DNA of 64,000 bases from Hypanus sabinus (lineage: Eukaryota). Both the position numbers and the translations under genes were made by a program. The notes below the pieces were generated by a model. The model ran no database searches. It worked only from the letters and a program-made list of their open reading frames with translations, and was not told the DNA's origin. The stretch is from assembly GCF_030144855.1 (NCBI RefSeq), contig NC_082730.1:41354001-41418000 (forward strand). The letters are read 5' to 3'. Below are positions 37,005 through 49,400 of the stretch, piece after piece (positions within the stretch are counted from its first letter, which is position 1; every line of letters begins with the position of its first letter).

Positions 37005-37825
37005 GGTCATAGAGAATTACAGCATAGAAACCTTTGGTCCATCTACACAAGCTGAACTATTACTCTGCCGACTCCCATCAACCTGCTTCTGAACTATAGA
37101 CTTGATGCACCATCAATAACTCCCTCTGAGACGTAAAGGCGAGATATCGGCTTTTATTGACTGGAAGAAGGAACCAGCAGTGAGTGACCACCATACTACA
37201 TCCCGGAGACTGAGAGCTGGGCTCAGGCCTCAATCACCTTTATACAGGGGTCTGTGGGAGGAGCCACAGGAGCAGTCAGCAGGGGTGGCATGTCCAGACA
37301 GGTATATGTAGTTCACCACAAGACCTCCATACCATTCCCATCCATGTACTTATCCAAATTACACACCTCTTGAAATCAAATCCACATCCACTATTTCCGC
37401 AGGCAATTTGTTCCACACACTCACTACTGTGTGTGAAGAAACTTTCCCTCATGGTCCCCTTAATGATTTCACCTTTCACCCTTAACCCATGACCTCTAGT
37501 TCTAGTCTCACCCATCCTCAGTGGGAAAATCTTCCTTGTATTTACCCTATCTACTGCCTACAACTCATAATTTTATATACCTCCATAAAATCTCCGCTCG
37601 TTCTGTTATGCTCCTGGGAATAAAGTCCTAACCTAGTCAAACTTCCTCTGTATCTTAGATCTCAAGTCCCAGAAACATCCTTGTAAACGTTTGCTGTACT
37701 TTTTCAATCTTATTATTATCTTTCCTGTAGATAAGTGACAGAACTCTCTACAACACTCCAAATTAGGTCTCACCAACATCTTACACAACTTCCCAAGACC
37801 TGTACTCAGTACTCTGATTTATGAA
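37005..37825 (-). mobile_element. Degraded CR1 3' fragment interrupted by a solo LTR
   Basis: GETRTRGHGLRVKG...FFTH on the minus strand; tail near 37005-37050. Confidence 0.85.
37103..37320 (-). mobile_element. Solo LTR (218 bp)
   Basis: Minus strand TGTGGTGAAC...GATGGTGCATCA (TG...CA) with internal TATAAA then AATAAA; flanks AGACT/AGACC. Confidence 0.85.
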
Positions 37826-38150
37826 TTATATTTTTGAAATATTTGATTAAAATGTCTTCATTGAAGATATTTAAAGTATATATGCATATTTAAAGCTTTT
37901 GCATCAGTGAGGAAAATAATTTCATAACTAAATATGCTTTATCTGCAATTCTTCCGTGGGGCCTGAAGAGGTTACAGCTCTGCCAAGGGTAGTCAATATT
38001 AAATTATGTTTGCATTGCAACAATCAGTGGGATTGAGCAGGTTGAGGAGTGGCCCCTTTCATTTGAAACTAAGCTTTTTTTTCAAACAACAACATACACA
38101 CAATGCTGGTGGGACACAGCAGGCCAGACAGCATCTATAGGGAGAAGCGC

Positions 38151-38186
38151 TGTCGACATTTCGGGCCAAGACCCTTCGTCAGGACT
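38151..38186 (-). ncRNA. Minimal type-I hammerhead ribozyme motif (PLE-associated)
   Basis: Minus strand AGUC-CUGACGA-A-GGGU-CUUG-GCCC-GAAA-U-GUC-GACA: CUGANGA and GAAA boxes, stem II, GUC triplet, GUC/GAC stem I. Confidence 0.7.
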
Positions 38187-38451
38187 AACTGAAAGGAAAG
38201 ATAGTAAGAGATTTGAAAGTAGTGGGGAAAGGGGGAAATGCGAAATGATAGGAGAAGACCTGAGGGGGTGGGATGAAGCTAAGAGCTGGAAAGGTGATTG
38301 GCGAAAGTGATACCGAGCTGGAGAAGGGAAAGGATCATGGGACAGGGGGCCTTGGGAGAAAGAAAGGGTGGGGGGGAAGCACCAGAGGGAGATGGAGAAC
38401 AGGCAAACAACTAAATATGTCAGGGATGGGTTAAGAAGGGGACAAGGGTCA

Positions 38452-38790
38452 TTAACGGAAATTAGAGAAGTCAATGTTCATGCCATCAGGTTGGAGGCTA
38501 CCCAGCCGGTATATAAGGTGTTGTTCCTCCAACCTGAGTTTGGATTCATTTTGACAATAGAGGAGGCAATGGATAGACATATCAGAATGGGAATGGGACG
38601 TAGAATTAAAATGTGTGGCCACTGGGAGATCCTGCTTTTTCTGGCGGACCGAGAATAGGTGTTCAGCAAAACGGTCTCCCAGTCTGCATTGGGTCTCACC
38701 AATATATAAAAGGCCACACCGGGAGCACCGGCCGCAGTATACCACACCTGCTGACTCACAGGTGAAGTGTCGCCTCACCTGGAAGGACTG
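38452..38790 (-). pseudogene. PLE GIY-YIG endonuclease domain (open frame, no RT upstream)
   Basis: VVY...CxxC...YIGET...R...EH motif set, with the conserved E and N at the C-terminus. Confidence 0.9.
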
Positions 38791-40629
38791 TACCACACCA
38801 GCCAACTGATGTTTTTTTTCATCTGGGTATGTATTTTGTGCTAAAACCCAAGAATGTATTTTAATACACAACACATAATTATATTACTTAAAATCACAAA
38901 TAAAGCTCATTATAACAATCCAGGGAATGAAAAACATAAAACAACAAATGCTGAAAATACCCAAAAACATCTGAGAATGAGAAACAGAAGGTTAGATCAA
39001 TGAAAACCTTGCTCTCTTCCAGCCCTTGGAAATGCTGGATGACCTGCTGACTGTTGCCAGCATGTTCTGTTTTCATTACAGATCTCCAGTATCCGCAGTG
39101 TTTGCTTTTTGGTTACTGTGAAAGTTGAGATTATTCAGTGAACTTTAGAAGCCCAAATTAACCCTTCTAATACTGGAATAACCAAGTGATCTGATGGCCA
39201 CAGTCGACAGCAATGGTTCGTATTTAAACAATGACATTTATTAAAATGGGAATTAATTGTTTTGACCCATGTCTTACAGATCCTGAGCAATCAGCTCCTG
39301 ATGAAAGGCTCATCAGATTTTCTGCATTTGTATGTTTTGCTTTTGCTTTCCCTTTAGATCACCCACTCATTGACGGGCTATGTTATTGTACTCAGAAACT
39401 TCATATCCTGAAGAACAATGACAACAAAGAAAGGTCATCGATGCCAGCAATGAATTAAATTTCTTTCCAGGGATTTAAGAATTCCTTTTTAATAACTTGA
39501 CACTTCTCAGGATGGCTGATTTGCTAGTCAGACTTGGAAATAGGCGATTTTAAGAAATATTTTACTCACAAATTCATGGCATATTTATATTTTGAACACA
39601 ACAAATTATATATCCCATTTTTTTTCTTTCTGGAAGAGTGGTCTTAACTTTAATTTGAACCAATATATTAAATTTGCAACATTTAGCAGATCTAATTAAT
39701 TCATAATTAACTAGATAGCAATTTCATGGTCCATGGGATCTCTGGATTCCTTCAGGAATGTAGTAGTCTGGTCCATTTGGTTGATATTGAAAGATGGGTC
39801 CACGGTGACAGCCTTTTTTGCATTCAATAAATACAATGCCATATTTGCATAGAATAATAGTGCTTTTTACTTTATGGATGTCCATCTCTGTGATTGCTGA
39901 CAAAAATAATCTGGACTGCTTCACATAAAATCGGGAGGGGGTCATGCTCATCACCTATTTTCCCATTTTAGGATCTTAATGTTTTGCAATATAAAAGGTG
40001 AGCTTTTATTTAATTTTCATATTAATAAGATAGCCTAGCAAGTGTTGACTGATTAATACCATATTAATAAATATGGTTTACATGCTGAATAAAAATTAAT
40101 ACCTTCAATATAGTTTAAAAATGCACACTGATTTAAAATAAGGAAACATTACTTCATCCATGCATCTTGTCTGATAATGATGCCTATTTACCTTCTTTAT
40201 GTCAGTAAATGTAAACCTATAAGAGAGCAGCCTATCCAATCATTTTTACAATTAATAATGTACTGTGCAAGGTCGACAGGAACCAGAATCTTTTCCTTGT
40301 TGTCTGTTTTCAAATTAGGTTGCTGCTTCTGTTCAAATTGCATTATCTATTGATCAATTCTGTTAGTCTGTCCTGCTGAACCATTTACGTATACAACACT
40401 ACCACTGAAAGGTAGACTCCTCATACAGTATGCAGGTGCTGGAGTCTGTTGCCGGTTCAGTTGTATTTGATTTTCCCTCATTGTGCTGATCCAGCAATAC
40501 TTGATGCAGGGGTGGAGAGTGCACCACAAAAGGGACCATCCCCAATTAATGCTGAGATTCGACATTACCGAACAGCACAACAACCAATGAGCTGTGAGAG
40601 CTGTGAAATACAGCAATGTATCACTAGAG

Positions 40630-41040
40630 GGATTTCTGGGAAACTGCAGTGCTCTTACTATGATGCTGACCTAAACATTTCAGCACTTCTTCCCTCTCTC
40701 TCTCTCTCTTTCTCTTTCTCTCTCTCTCTCTGTTTCCTCTTCTTATGTTGTGAGTCAGGTCTTATTTTTTTTAAAAAGTAAAGTTGGCTTAAGTCTTTAG
40801 GAACCAGGTTTCCTTTCCCTACTCTGCCTGCACGAGTGTCCTGAAAATCGTTCTGATGAGAACTTCTCCATAAGGAGCACAGGCTAAGGTAAGACTGCCC
40901 AGCTGCAGTAGATGATTGAAAGTACTTCTCTCAATTGCATGCATCATTGTCAGGCTTCTGCTGTCTCAGTCCGCACTGCACTGCAGCCAGAGGTTTCCCA
41001 GTATTATATAAAGCTGTTGCTGAATGGAATTTGGTAAGAG
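40630..41040 (+). promoter_or_regulatory. Possible promoter / alternative first exon region
   Basis: TTCTGGGAA (40634), CT-rich tract 40688-40742, TGAGTCA (40751), splice-donor matches AAG|GTAAGA (40889) and ATGGAATTTG|GTAAGA (41034) in TE-poor sequence. Confidence 0.35.
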
Positions 41041-43264
41041 TTTGATGCCTTCGTAATGAACTGAGATGAATGACATACATGAGAAACAATGCTACAACGT
41101 CTGAAAAAGGAAATGAAATTGTACTGTAGTATTTATTTAAACATGTTGATTCCTGATAACAGACTCTGCTTTGCTGTAGATCATTTGTGTCTCGTTTTAC
41201 ATAGGTTTAGCAGATCAGGTTTGATGTATTTGCACAGCCAGCATTAATATTACTTTTTTTTCCAGTCTTGAAAATCAAACAGTTGCCTGCCACTGTTATA
41301 GCGCTCTCCATTTTATAAATGAGGTTCAGTGTAATTTGGAGAATCTTAACTGCTATGTTTGGTTGCATTGAAACTAGATTCAGATTTATATTTTGTAAAA
41401 CTATAACCTGACTGTGTTTTAATAAATAAATTACATTATTTCCAATGTTGTTGTATTGTCAATTTATTAAATGAGTGAGAAGCTAACTATTTGATCAACA
41501 TTTTCCTTCCCCTTATATAAATGTGGAAAATGAACCAAATAAGGAGTAAGTATGAATGACCGGTAGAAAAGACGTGAAGGTGCCATGGACAAACCTGAAG
41601 TTAACCCCACCTCAACTCCAACTTTAAGCCAATCTTGAGAGAATTTTTGACTTTTCATTAATATGGGAGATATTTTTCAAGAGTTAATGCATCATTACAA
41701 TTGCTTTGGGTGTAATGTGAGGGTAGATCATGTTCAGAACAGAAGCTGCTTACTGAATTATTGCTGGTTATGCGAGAAAAGACAAAAGAAGTAGAAAGCA
41801 GAAGTAGAAAGGATGGTGAGACTGAAGTAAAATAAAAACGGTAAGAGGTTTCGCTTCAAAGTTTAACGGTGCATCAGCCAACTAGCTTTGAAATACTAGA
41901 TGAAATAAGCACTCAGTACTCTAGTATTTGAACAATATTTTCCCTATAAACATCTTGATTCTTCGCTGTTGACAATAAAATGAGTTGATCTCATGAATTC
42001 ATACTGACAGCTGGTCAGTTCCTACTTTTTCCAGCATTTTTGGAATGTCTTGGACTCAGTTAAAAGTTTAATTGCTTAATATTAAATTAATTCAGATTTT
42101 ACCATGAAGTCCATTTCATGCTTGATATATTTTAAATATTGTGTATGAATCTTTATTTAAGTACAGTATGAGCTGAACAATGTTATTAAAGAGAATAATG
42201 AATTAAGTTTGTTGAGGTCATACATTTCTTCAGTATGTTTTTTAAGCTAATTACTTCAGAAAAATATAAATTAATACCCTATAAGCTAAATAAAGCATAC
42301 TATCTTAATATTATATTTGGCAAACTATAATTGAATTAGGATTTAAATATTTTATGAATGTTTGTCCTGGGATCATTTTCTAAAATAAATTAGCATGAAA
42401 AATCCTGATACATGTGGTACAGTGAGTCTTTGTATTGCTAATAAGTTACTGTCATCTACTGTCACTGTCACCTCCTTCGTTAATAAGAGAGTTGTATTTC
42501 GAGACTTTGATCAATAACAGCTTTGAATGGAACCTGACTTTATGCATTTTATCTTTTGACCAAAAACAACTTGTTAAAAAAATCTTCACTTGTGTTTCGG
42601 TGAAGTGGTTTGCATCAAATCATGAATTATTACATTTTGTATTTTTCTCTTGACACAACTGGAACTGGAAAAGAAATAAATTGTTTCACACCAATATGCT
42701 GGTGTGGAAGAATTCATTACTATTGTTAATATAAGCTTACTTGGTTGAAGTGAAGTGTTTACATTGTTCTGCTTACACAATGGCCAGCTGATAACACATG
42801 ACGTACACTCCTCTGACTTATCCTTAACTCAGTTGATGAGACTTTCTCCAAGTCTCCCTAACCAACCACAATATTTCACTGAGATTTGACAGTCCTAGCC
42901 AAAGTTATATTGGTTCCAGGTTTGAATATTAACTGCAGTGATGGGCTGGACAATGTAGGAACTGATAGGTTGTGCTCTTCCATAGAATTAGTACAAGGGT
43001 CTGGTGAAGATTGAAATAAGTGGGCAGAGAGTAGACTGAAATTAATGGTTTAGTGCCAATCCAATCCAATTTGTTGGAGTTTAAATTGATTTTCAAGACT
43101 CAAATCCTCTTTGAAGCACATATAGATTAATTCCTTCCAGAAACCATCAATTCCTCTTTTAAGTTTGCACCCTGATTTAAAATGTTATATTAAGTATGTT
43201 TCTCTCTCCAGTCTGATAACAAAGTAGAACTGTGATGCAGGCATGGCAGTTGATTTTGTGGGAT

Positions 43265-44365
43265 CAAGCAAGTCAAGTGCTGGATGTGCTGTATATGGAT
43301 TTTATTAAAGTTTGACAAGGTGCAGTAGTTCATTCAGAAAGTCAGGGGGCATGAGATCTGTTGAAACTACATTGTATGAACTCAGAATTGGCTAGTCCAC
43401 AGAAGACAGAGAGTGGTAGAAGATGAAGTGTAGTTTGCCCGGAGGTCAGTGACCAGTGGTGTTCTGCAGAGATTCATTCTGCAACCTCTGCTCCTTGTGT
43501 TTTTTATAAATGACCTAAATAAGGAAGTGGGTTAGTAAGTTTGCAGATGCTATAAAGATTGGTGGTGCTGTTGATAGTGCAGAAGGTTGTTGTGATTTAT
43601 AACGGGACATTGATAGGATGCAGAGCTGGGCTAGGAAGTTACAGATGGAGATCAATCCAGAGAAGTGTGAAGTGATACATGGGGAGTGCGGAGGTCAAAC
43701 TTGAAGACAGAGTACAAGGATAAAGGCAGGATTCTGAGCAATATGGAGGAACTGAGAGATCTTAAAGTCCACATCCATAGATCTTTCAAAGTTGCCATGC
43801 AAGATGATAGCTTGTTAAGAAGGCCAATGATGTGTTGGCCTTCATTAGTTGGGGGACTGAGGCAATGTTGCAGCTCTATAAAAGTCTAGTTTGGCCATAC
43901 TTGGAGCATTGTGTTCAGTTTTGATTGCCTCACTTAAGGAAATATATGGAAGCTTTAGAAGGGGCGCAAAGGAGATTTACCAGGATGCTGGTTAGATTGG
44001 AGAGCATATCTTACGGGGAAAGGATGAGTGAGCTAGTGCTTTTCACTTTGGAGCGAATGAGGATGAGGGGTGACTTGCCTAATGATGATAAGAGGCATAG
44101 ATAGAGTCATGTTTTATTTTTCTGAGAGCAGCGATGGCTAATACGAGGGGGCAGAATTTTAATGTAATTGGGGAAAAGTTTAGGGCAGATGGCAAAGGTA
44201 AGTTTTTTTCCATGGTGAATGCTGTTTGCATGGAATGAACTACTAGAGTTGATGGATGAAAGAAAAATGGAAGGCTATGTGGAGGGGATATTATGCTGAT
44301 GTCGGCGCAGGTGAAAGCATTGTGGGCCGAAGGACATGTACTGTGCTGTACTGCTCTAGGTCCTA
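43265..44365 (+). mobile_element. Degraded CR1 RT and 3' end
   Basis: GGAGGTCAGTGACCAGTGGTGTTC, AAGTTTGCAGATG, CCATACTTGGAGCATTGTGTTCAG; tail GTGGGCCGAAGG. Confidence 0.88.
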
Positions 44366-44440
44366 CAACAGCGTTCATTGTGGGCCGAAGGACATGTACT
44401 GTGCTGTACTGCTCTAGGTCCTACAACAGCGTTCATTGTG
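44318..44440 (+). repeat. Perfect 58-bp tandem duplication
   Basis: CATTGTGGGCCGAAGGACATGTACTGTGCTGTACTGCTCTAGGTCCTACAACAGCGTT twice, plus CATTGTG. Confidence 0.97.
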
Positions 44441-47400
44441 CTGGTGAACCAAATGGTGTATTGATGCAAATTTATTCTGAATTCAGTGCAGTCACACAGT
44501 CACAATGTTTTTTAACAATATTAAAAATTACAAGTAATTATCATAAGGCAATGTTAACAACACCCAAGTCAGAGTTGAGACTTCCAAGTGAGCTGCAATG
44601 AACTTAGAATTTATGGTCAATATCAAAGTGACACATGTCCTACTGACCAGGTAATACTTTATCCACAACAACCTAATAGCCTTTGTGCAAAAAAAAAAAA
44701 TCACTCGCATGTTCAGAGAGATAGTTGGAATTTATCAGTTGCCATATCATCAGCCTGGCAAGTCACATTAAAGATACTCTTACAGACAAGAGGCTTGTTT
44801 AAATTAAAATTTTAAAATTATTCAAACTGCTAACTGAAGATTGCACCACACACAAACAATTAAAATAGGATAGAGAGCTTCCTGTGGGTACCCCAGATTT
44901 TCTTCCACAAAGATGTGCAACTTAGTAGATAAATTGGCCGCAGATAGAGGATCAGGAGGATGTTAATGGACAAATGAGAAAAAGTAGGGTACAGGAAAGT
45001 GCGTGGGAAATGAGATGTGTGGAATTGCTATCGGTTGGCCAAATGGTCTCATTTATGTTGCACGGAATGTGCCATATTAGAAAGCTGAAGAAAAGCTGCT
45101 GCTCATTTTCTACTTTTAAATTGATGAATGAGTTATAAATATTTAAACAAAGCATTTTTTATCTTTCTCTTTCAAGGATCCTCATGTAATATCAGGTTCC
45201 AGGGAAAGAACAGTTATTGGACTTAATTCAAAATGCTGTTCTTACGTACCTTGGTGCAAAGTCATCCAGTTGTAAAGCCAGAGGAAGTTCCGTTGCTCAT
45301 ATAATATTTTCCAACTCAACACAGTATTATACTAATTAGTATTCAAGTTGGTATTTTACTAATTTGCTTGTTCAACACCAGAGACTACAGACTAGTACAG
45401 AATATATGGTCTACATGTTTATAGCAAAAGGCCAAATGCTTTGAAAAGTGGCAGTCTCATTGGTGTAAGTGACAATAGCTAATGAGCTGTTGGCAACTTC
45501 TGAATGTAATTCGAATCATTCCTGCTGGTAGTCTTGTGTTAGCAAATTGTATTAATATGCTTTCTCTCGAACTTGGATCTTTGTGCCATATGCACATTGC
45601 TTGGTATCACCTTACCTTTTTGGCACATATGTAGTGTTATACCTCTAGTATTCTGTCATGGTATGTTAATTTAAATGGGAAGAAAAACTGATCTAGTTTT
45701 TCACCCATTATCCATGCAGCTCTCTTCCTATCTCCTACCATGTCTACTAATGCATACTGCCTGACAAAACCTTGATTTTAAAATTTTTGCAAAATTTCTG
45801 AGGTCTCATCCCTTCCCAACTTTTGCAATGTCTTTCAGGATCTCTTCACTCCACCAGTTCTGGCCTTCAGTGTGTCATCATTTATCACCACTCCATGGTT
45901 GTCTGTACCTTCATTCCCCAGGAAAAATGGAGACTTTGCATTTCCCACCTTTCCTTCATATCCTGCCACAACTCATCCTCACTACGTTTGCAATCACCTC
46001 GTGGCCAGAGAAAATTCATTTGACCTCCACCTTCCACTTTGACCTATCTCTCATCATTCTCTATCATCTATGGCTCTGTTTCAGTCATGCTCTCATTCAC
46101 GTTCTTCTTCTCTTAGCACCGCAACCTTGTCTCCATCAAATCATCAACCCACTCACTTTGGCTGACTCTCCTTGGTTGCCCTTCCACTGACATCTTGACC
46201 CTCCTGCTGTAGCTCTGTCCCATCTTTAGCACTGCCATTATATTTACCATTCTGTGAACCGTTCAAAGAAAGTTTTAGAAATATGTTACTGTTACTTCTA
46301 TTCAATAATAGCTCACATCAATGTTTATGTTCCAGTAATATTATTATGAACTCCCTAGTTATATCACTAGCTCTCATGCAGAGTAACTTCTATGAAGGTA
46401 ATCAGAATACTTTTAGGAATGGGTTTCCCAATGGAATTTCATAGCCCAGTCAACTTAAGATATGTGATGATGATATTTGATTTTGGAAACTATACTGTGA
46501 CATGCAAAATCATACAACAATAAGATCGAATAATTACACCTAGTTTTACAGTGATGAGAGCTAGATTGAAAATGTTCAAATTGAATTTACTATAAGACAT
46601 TAATTATTGATAAAAGAAAATGATTTTGAATACTATAAACCTGCAAGTAAATAATTATTGTGCATTGTGTATTGGAAGTGATGGTCAATGTGAATTGTTA
46701 GTTATGTAAATTAAAATCTAAAAGTTTGCTATGATGGTAATAGTGCTTAAAGATGTTTGAAAGTAAGATAAAAATTATGGAAATTATTATGCATTTTAAC
46801 TGTTGAAGTAGGCAATGATTTATGTGACCACGTGTTATGAATATGAAGCGAAGTATGAACCATGATGTAAATGTGGATGAGTAAATAACGACTCTCAAGA
46901 AAGGATAATTTACATCACATTATCTGATAACAGAACTGAAAATGGCTGCTATGACTAAATCATCTTTCACCCACTTTTTGACAATAAAGACAATGCCATC
47001 TTGGGGACTAATGCTGGCATAACTGCTGACTGCAGTCAGCACAGATGAAAGGACTGATTGAGAGAATGATGGATGATACTGTAAATCTGATTTTAATGTG
47101 ATGGTTAACAAGCTTTCTGCACAGTACATCTCAAATGAGAGGTCATTTCAGTGGACGGAGCCTGGAAATCTACTGGCAGTCTTGTTTGCTGTGCCAATAT
47201 GTTCATGTCTACTTCTGATAATCCCACCGGAGTTAGAGGCACTGCAGAATGCTGCACATAGTAATGGGTTGTACAGCTGAGGGAAATGGAACAGGAACTC
47301 TTCTGCCACAGGCATTTCATTTCAGAATATTATAATTTTATTAATATTTTTATTTGTAACCTAATGTGGAGAATCTGACAGGACTAACCTTCAGAAGCTT

Positions 47401-48164
47401 TGAGTTAGTCAATTTGATGTAGCAGAATAGCTTACTTGAGATACTGTTTAAATTTTTTGACAATATATCTACTTATTAGTACATTGGGACACTGCTTTAA
47501 TAGCAAACAAATACGGTTTGTAAACACAAGTTTTTTTAACTGTTTGACTTCAGTAGGGTTTGTATATTTGGCATGCTATTTTACACTACCTTGATCATTC
47601 CTCTCTCTATATTATTTCACTGAAGTCCTTCAACATGGTTTATTGGCCACATGCAATCATACAATTCACTTCTGAAGTAATTTGATTTAATTGTTATGTT
47701 AGCTACAAATATGGTTACTAATCTTTGGCTTTAATACATTCAATATGAAATAAATCCCTGGGAAATAAATGTTCTGTATGGTAGCACGAATAAGGATGGT
47801 CCTTTAAATCCTTACTAAAATAATTAAAGAATATTTAAACTTCTGTCTTCAGAACATCTGAAAGAGGATTGTCATTTAAATGACAAAAAATTAGACATTT
47901 ATTATATCATGATACATGATAATCAAAACAAATTGTTATTTTTTTCTTTTCATCAATAAAAGTATCGTATCAAAAGTTAAAGCCAAATAAAACACTTGAT
48001 ACCGATGCTGCAGTAAGCAACAATTTATAGGTTCCTATCATTCTTAAAAAAGTCATTGACAAATTATTCCAAGTTACATCAATGTCAAAGTTATATATAA
48101 CCCAGAGTTGAAAACTAGTTATTGGCCATGATCATCTTCTATTCAAGTTCCTATTTCAGTTCTA

Positions 48165-49400
48165 TTCAGCTTCAAGTTCCTAAGAGTGAACATCACCAAC
48201 AACCTGCCCTGGTCTAACCACAAAGACACTACAGGCAAGAAACCAAGGCCGCATCCCTCCTTTCTCAAGCGGATAGATACCTGTTGACTTTTACCAATTT
48301 TTATAGATGCACCATAAAAAGCATCTAATCTGGATTCCAATCCCTATTTCATTTGACATGTCAGACCCTGGCATTCTCTACTGCCACAATGAGGCCTCTC
48401 TCAGGCTGGAGGAGCAACACCTCACATTCCATCTGGGTAACGTCCAACCTGAAGGCATGAACATCAATTTCTTTAACTTCTGCTAACTTATCTGCCCTCC
48501 CCTTCTCTCATTTTTCATTCCCCATTCTGGCTCCCCACTTACACTTTCACTTTTCATCACATGCCTATCACCTCCACCTAGTTCCCCTCCTCCTTCCCTT
48601 TCTCCCATGGTGCATTCTTCTGCTCCATCTTAAATAGAAGTTTCCTTATATTCCTTCAGATATCTTTCTTCTTTCTTTCCCTATCACCTGGCTTCACCTA
48701 TCACCTTCTTATTCTGTCTTCTTCCTATTTTCTTTCCAGTCACAATGAGAGGTTTTGGGCCAAAATATTGGCTTATTATTCCTTTCTATAAATGCTGTTG
48801 GACCTGCTGAATTCCTGCAGCATTTTGCGTGTGTTAATCTGGACTGCTAGCTTCTGAAGAATCCTGTGAGTTTAGTAGTTCAGCTATGCTGTTCACCAAC
48901 TCCAGAAACTGCAGAGCATTCTGGACTCAATTCAGCAACCTCAGAACCAGCCTTATACCTTGTTCAATTGAGCAGAAGATCCAAAAACATGTAAACAAGC
49001 ACAGCCAGGCTCAAGGACAGCTATATAAGACAATTATATGGTTCCCTAGTATAATAAAATCGACTCTTAATCTCACAATCTACCTTGTTACGATCTTGCA
49101 CCTTACTGTTTACCTGCACTTTTTAGATGTTATGATTTATTCTGCACTATTTTTGTTTTACCTTGTTCCACCTCAATACATTGTGCAATGGTTCTTATGA
49201 TTTTCTAGAATGAGGTTGAAAGGGAAATGGATCAGCCGTTATGAAATGGCAGAATAGCCTCGATGGGCCAAATGGCCTAACTTTTTTTCCTTTGTCTAAT
49301 GATCTTTTGTTTTTATGTAATTAATTAATCTGCATGAGCAGTATGCTGGACAAGCTTTTCAAGTATCTTGGTACACGTGATAATAATAGATGAAGTCCAA
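48165..49400 (+). mobile_element. Degraded Rex1-like fragment interrupted by a Penelope copy and a CR1 tail
   Basis: 48165-48335 resembles Rex1 RT (TTTTATAGATGCACCATAAAAAGCATC); Rex-like 3' UTR 48880-49400; CR1 tail 49225-49300. Confidence 0.6.
48340..48870 (+). mobile_element. Penelope-like 3' fragment (older copy)
   Basis: AGGCTGGAGGAGCAACACCTCACATTCCATCTGGGT...CAACCTGAAGGCATGAACATC; pyrimidine-rich UTR; decayed ribozyme 48737-48773. Confidence 0.85.

Larger units (their letters stand above)
38085..38790 (-). mobile_element. Penelope-like element 3' part: GIY-YIG endonuclease, UTR, hammerhead module
   Basis: FTCESAGVVYCGRCSRCGLLYIGETQCRLGDRFAEH...PVATHFN...LEEQHLIYRLGSLQPDGMN. Confidence 0.93.

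Noticed and set aside
39298-39316. CTGATGA box (also at 40853) as an additional hammerhead or C/D snoRNA
   Set aside because: No stem II followed by GAAA and a cleavage triplet; the 39298 copy simply pairs with TCATCAG; no convincing C/D terminal stem.
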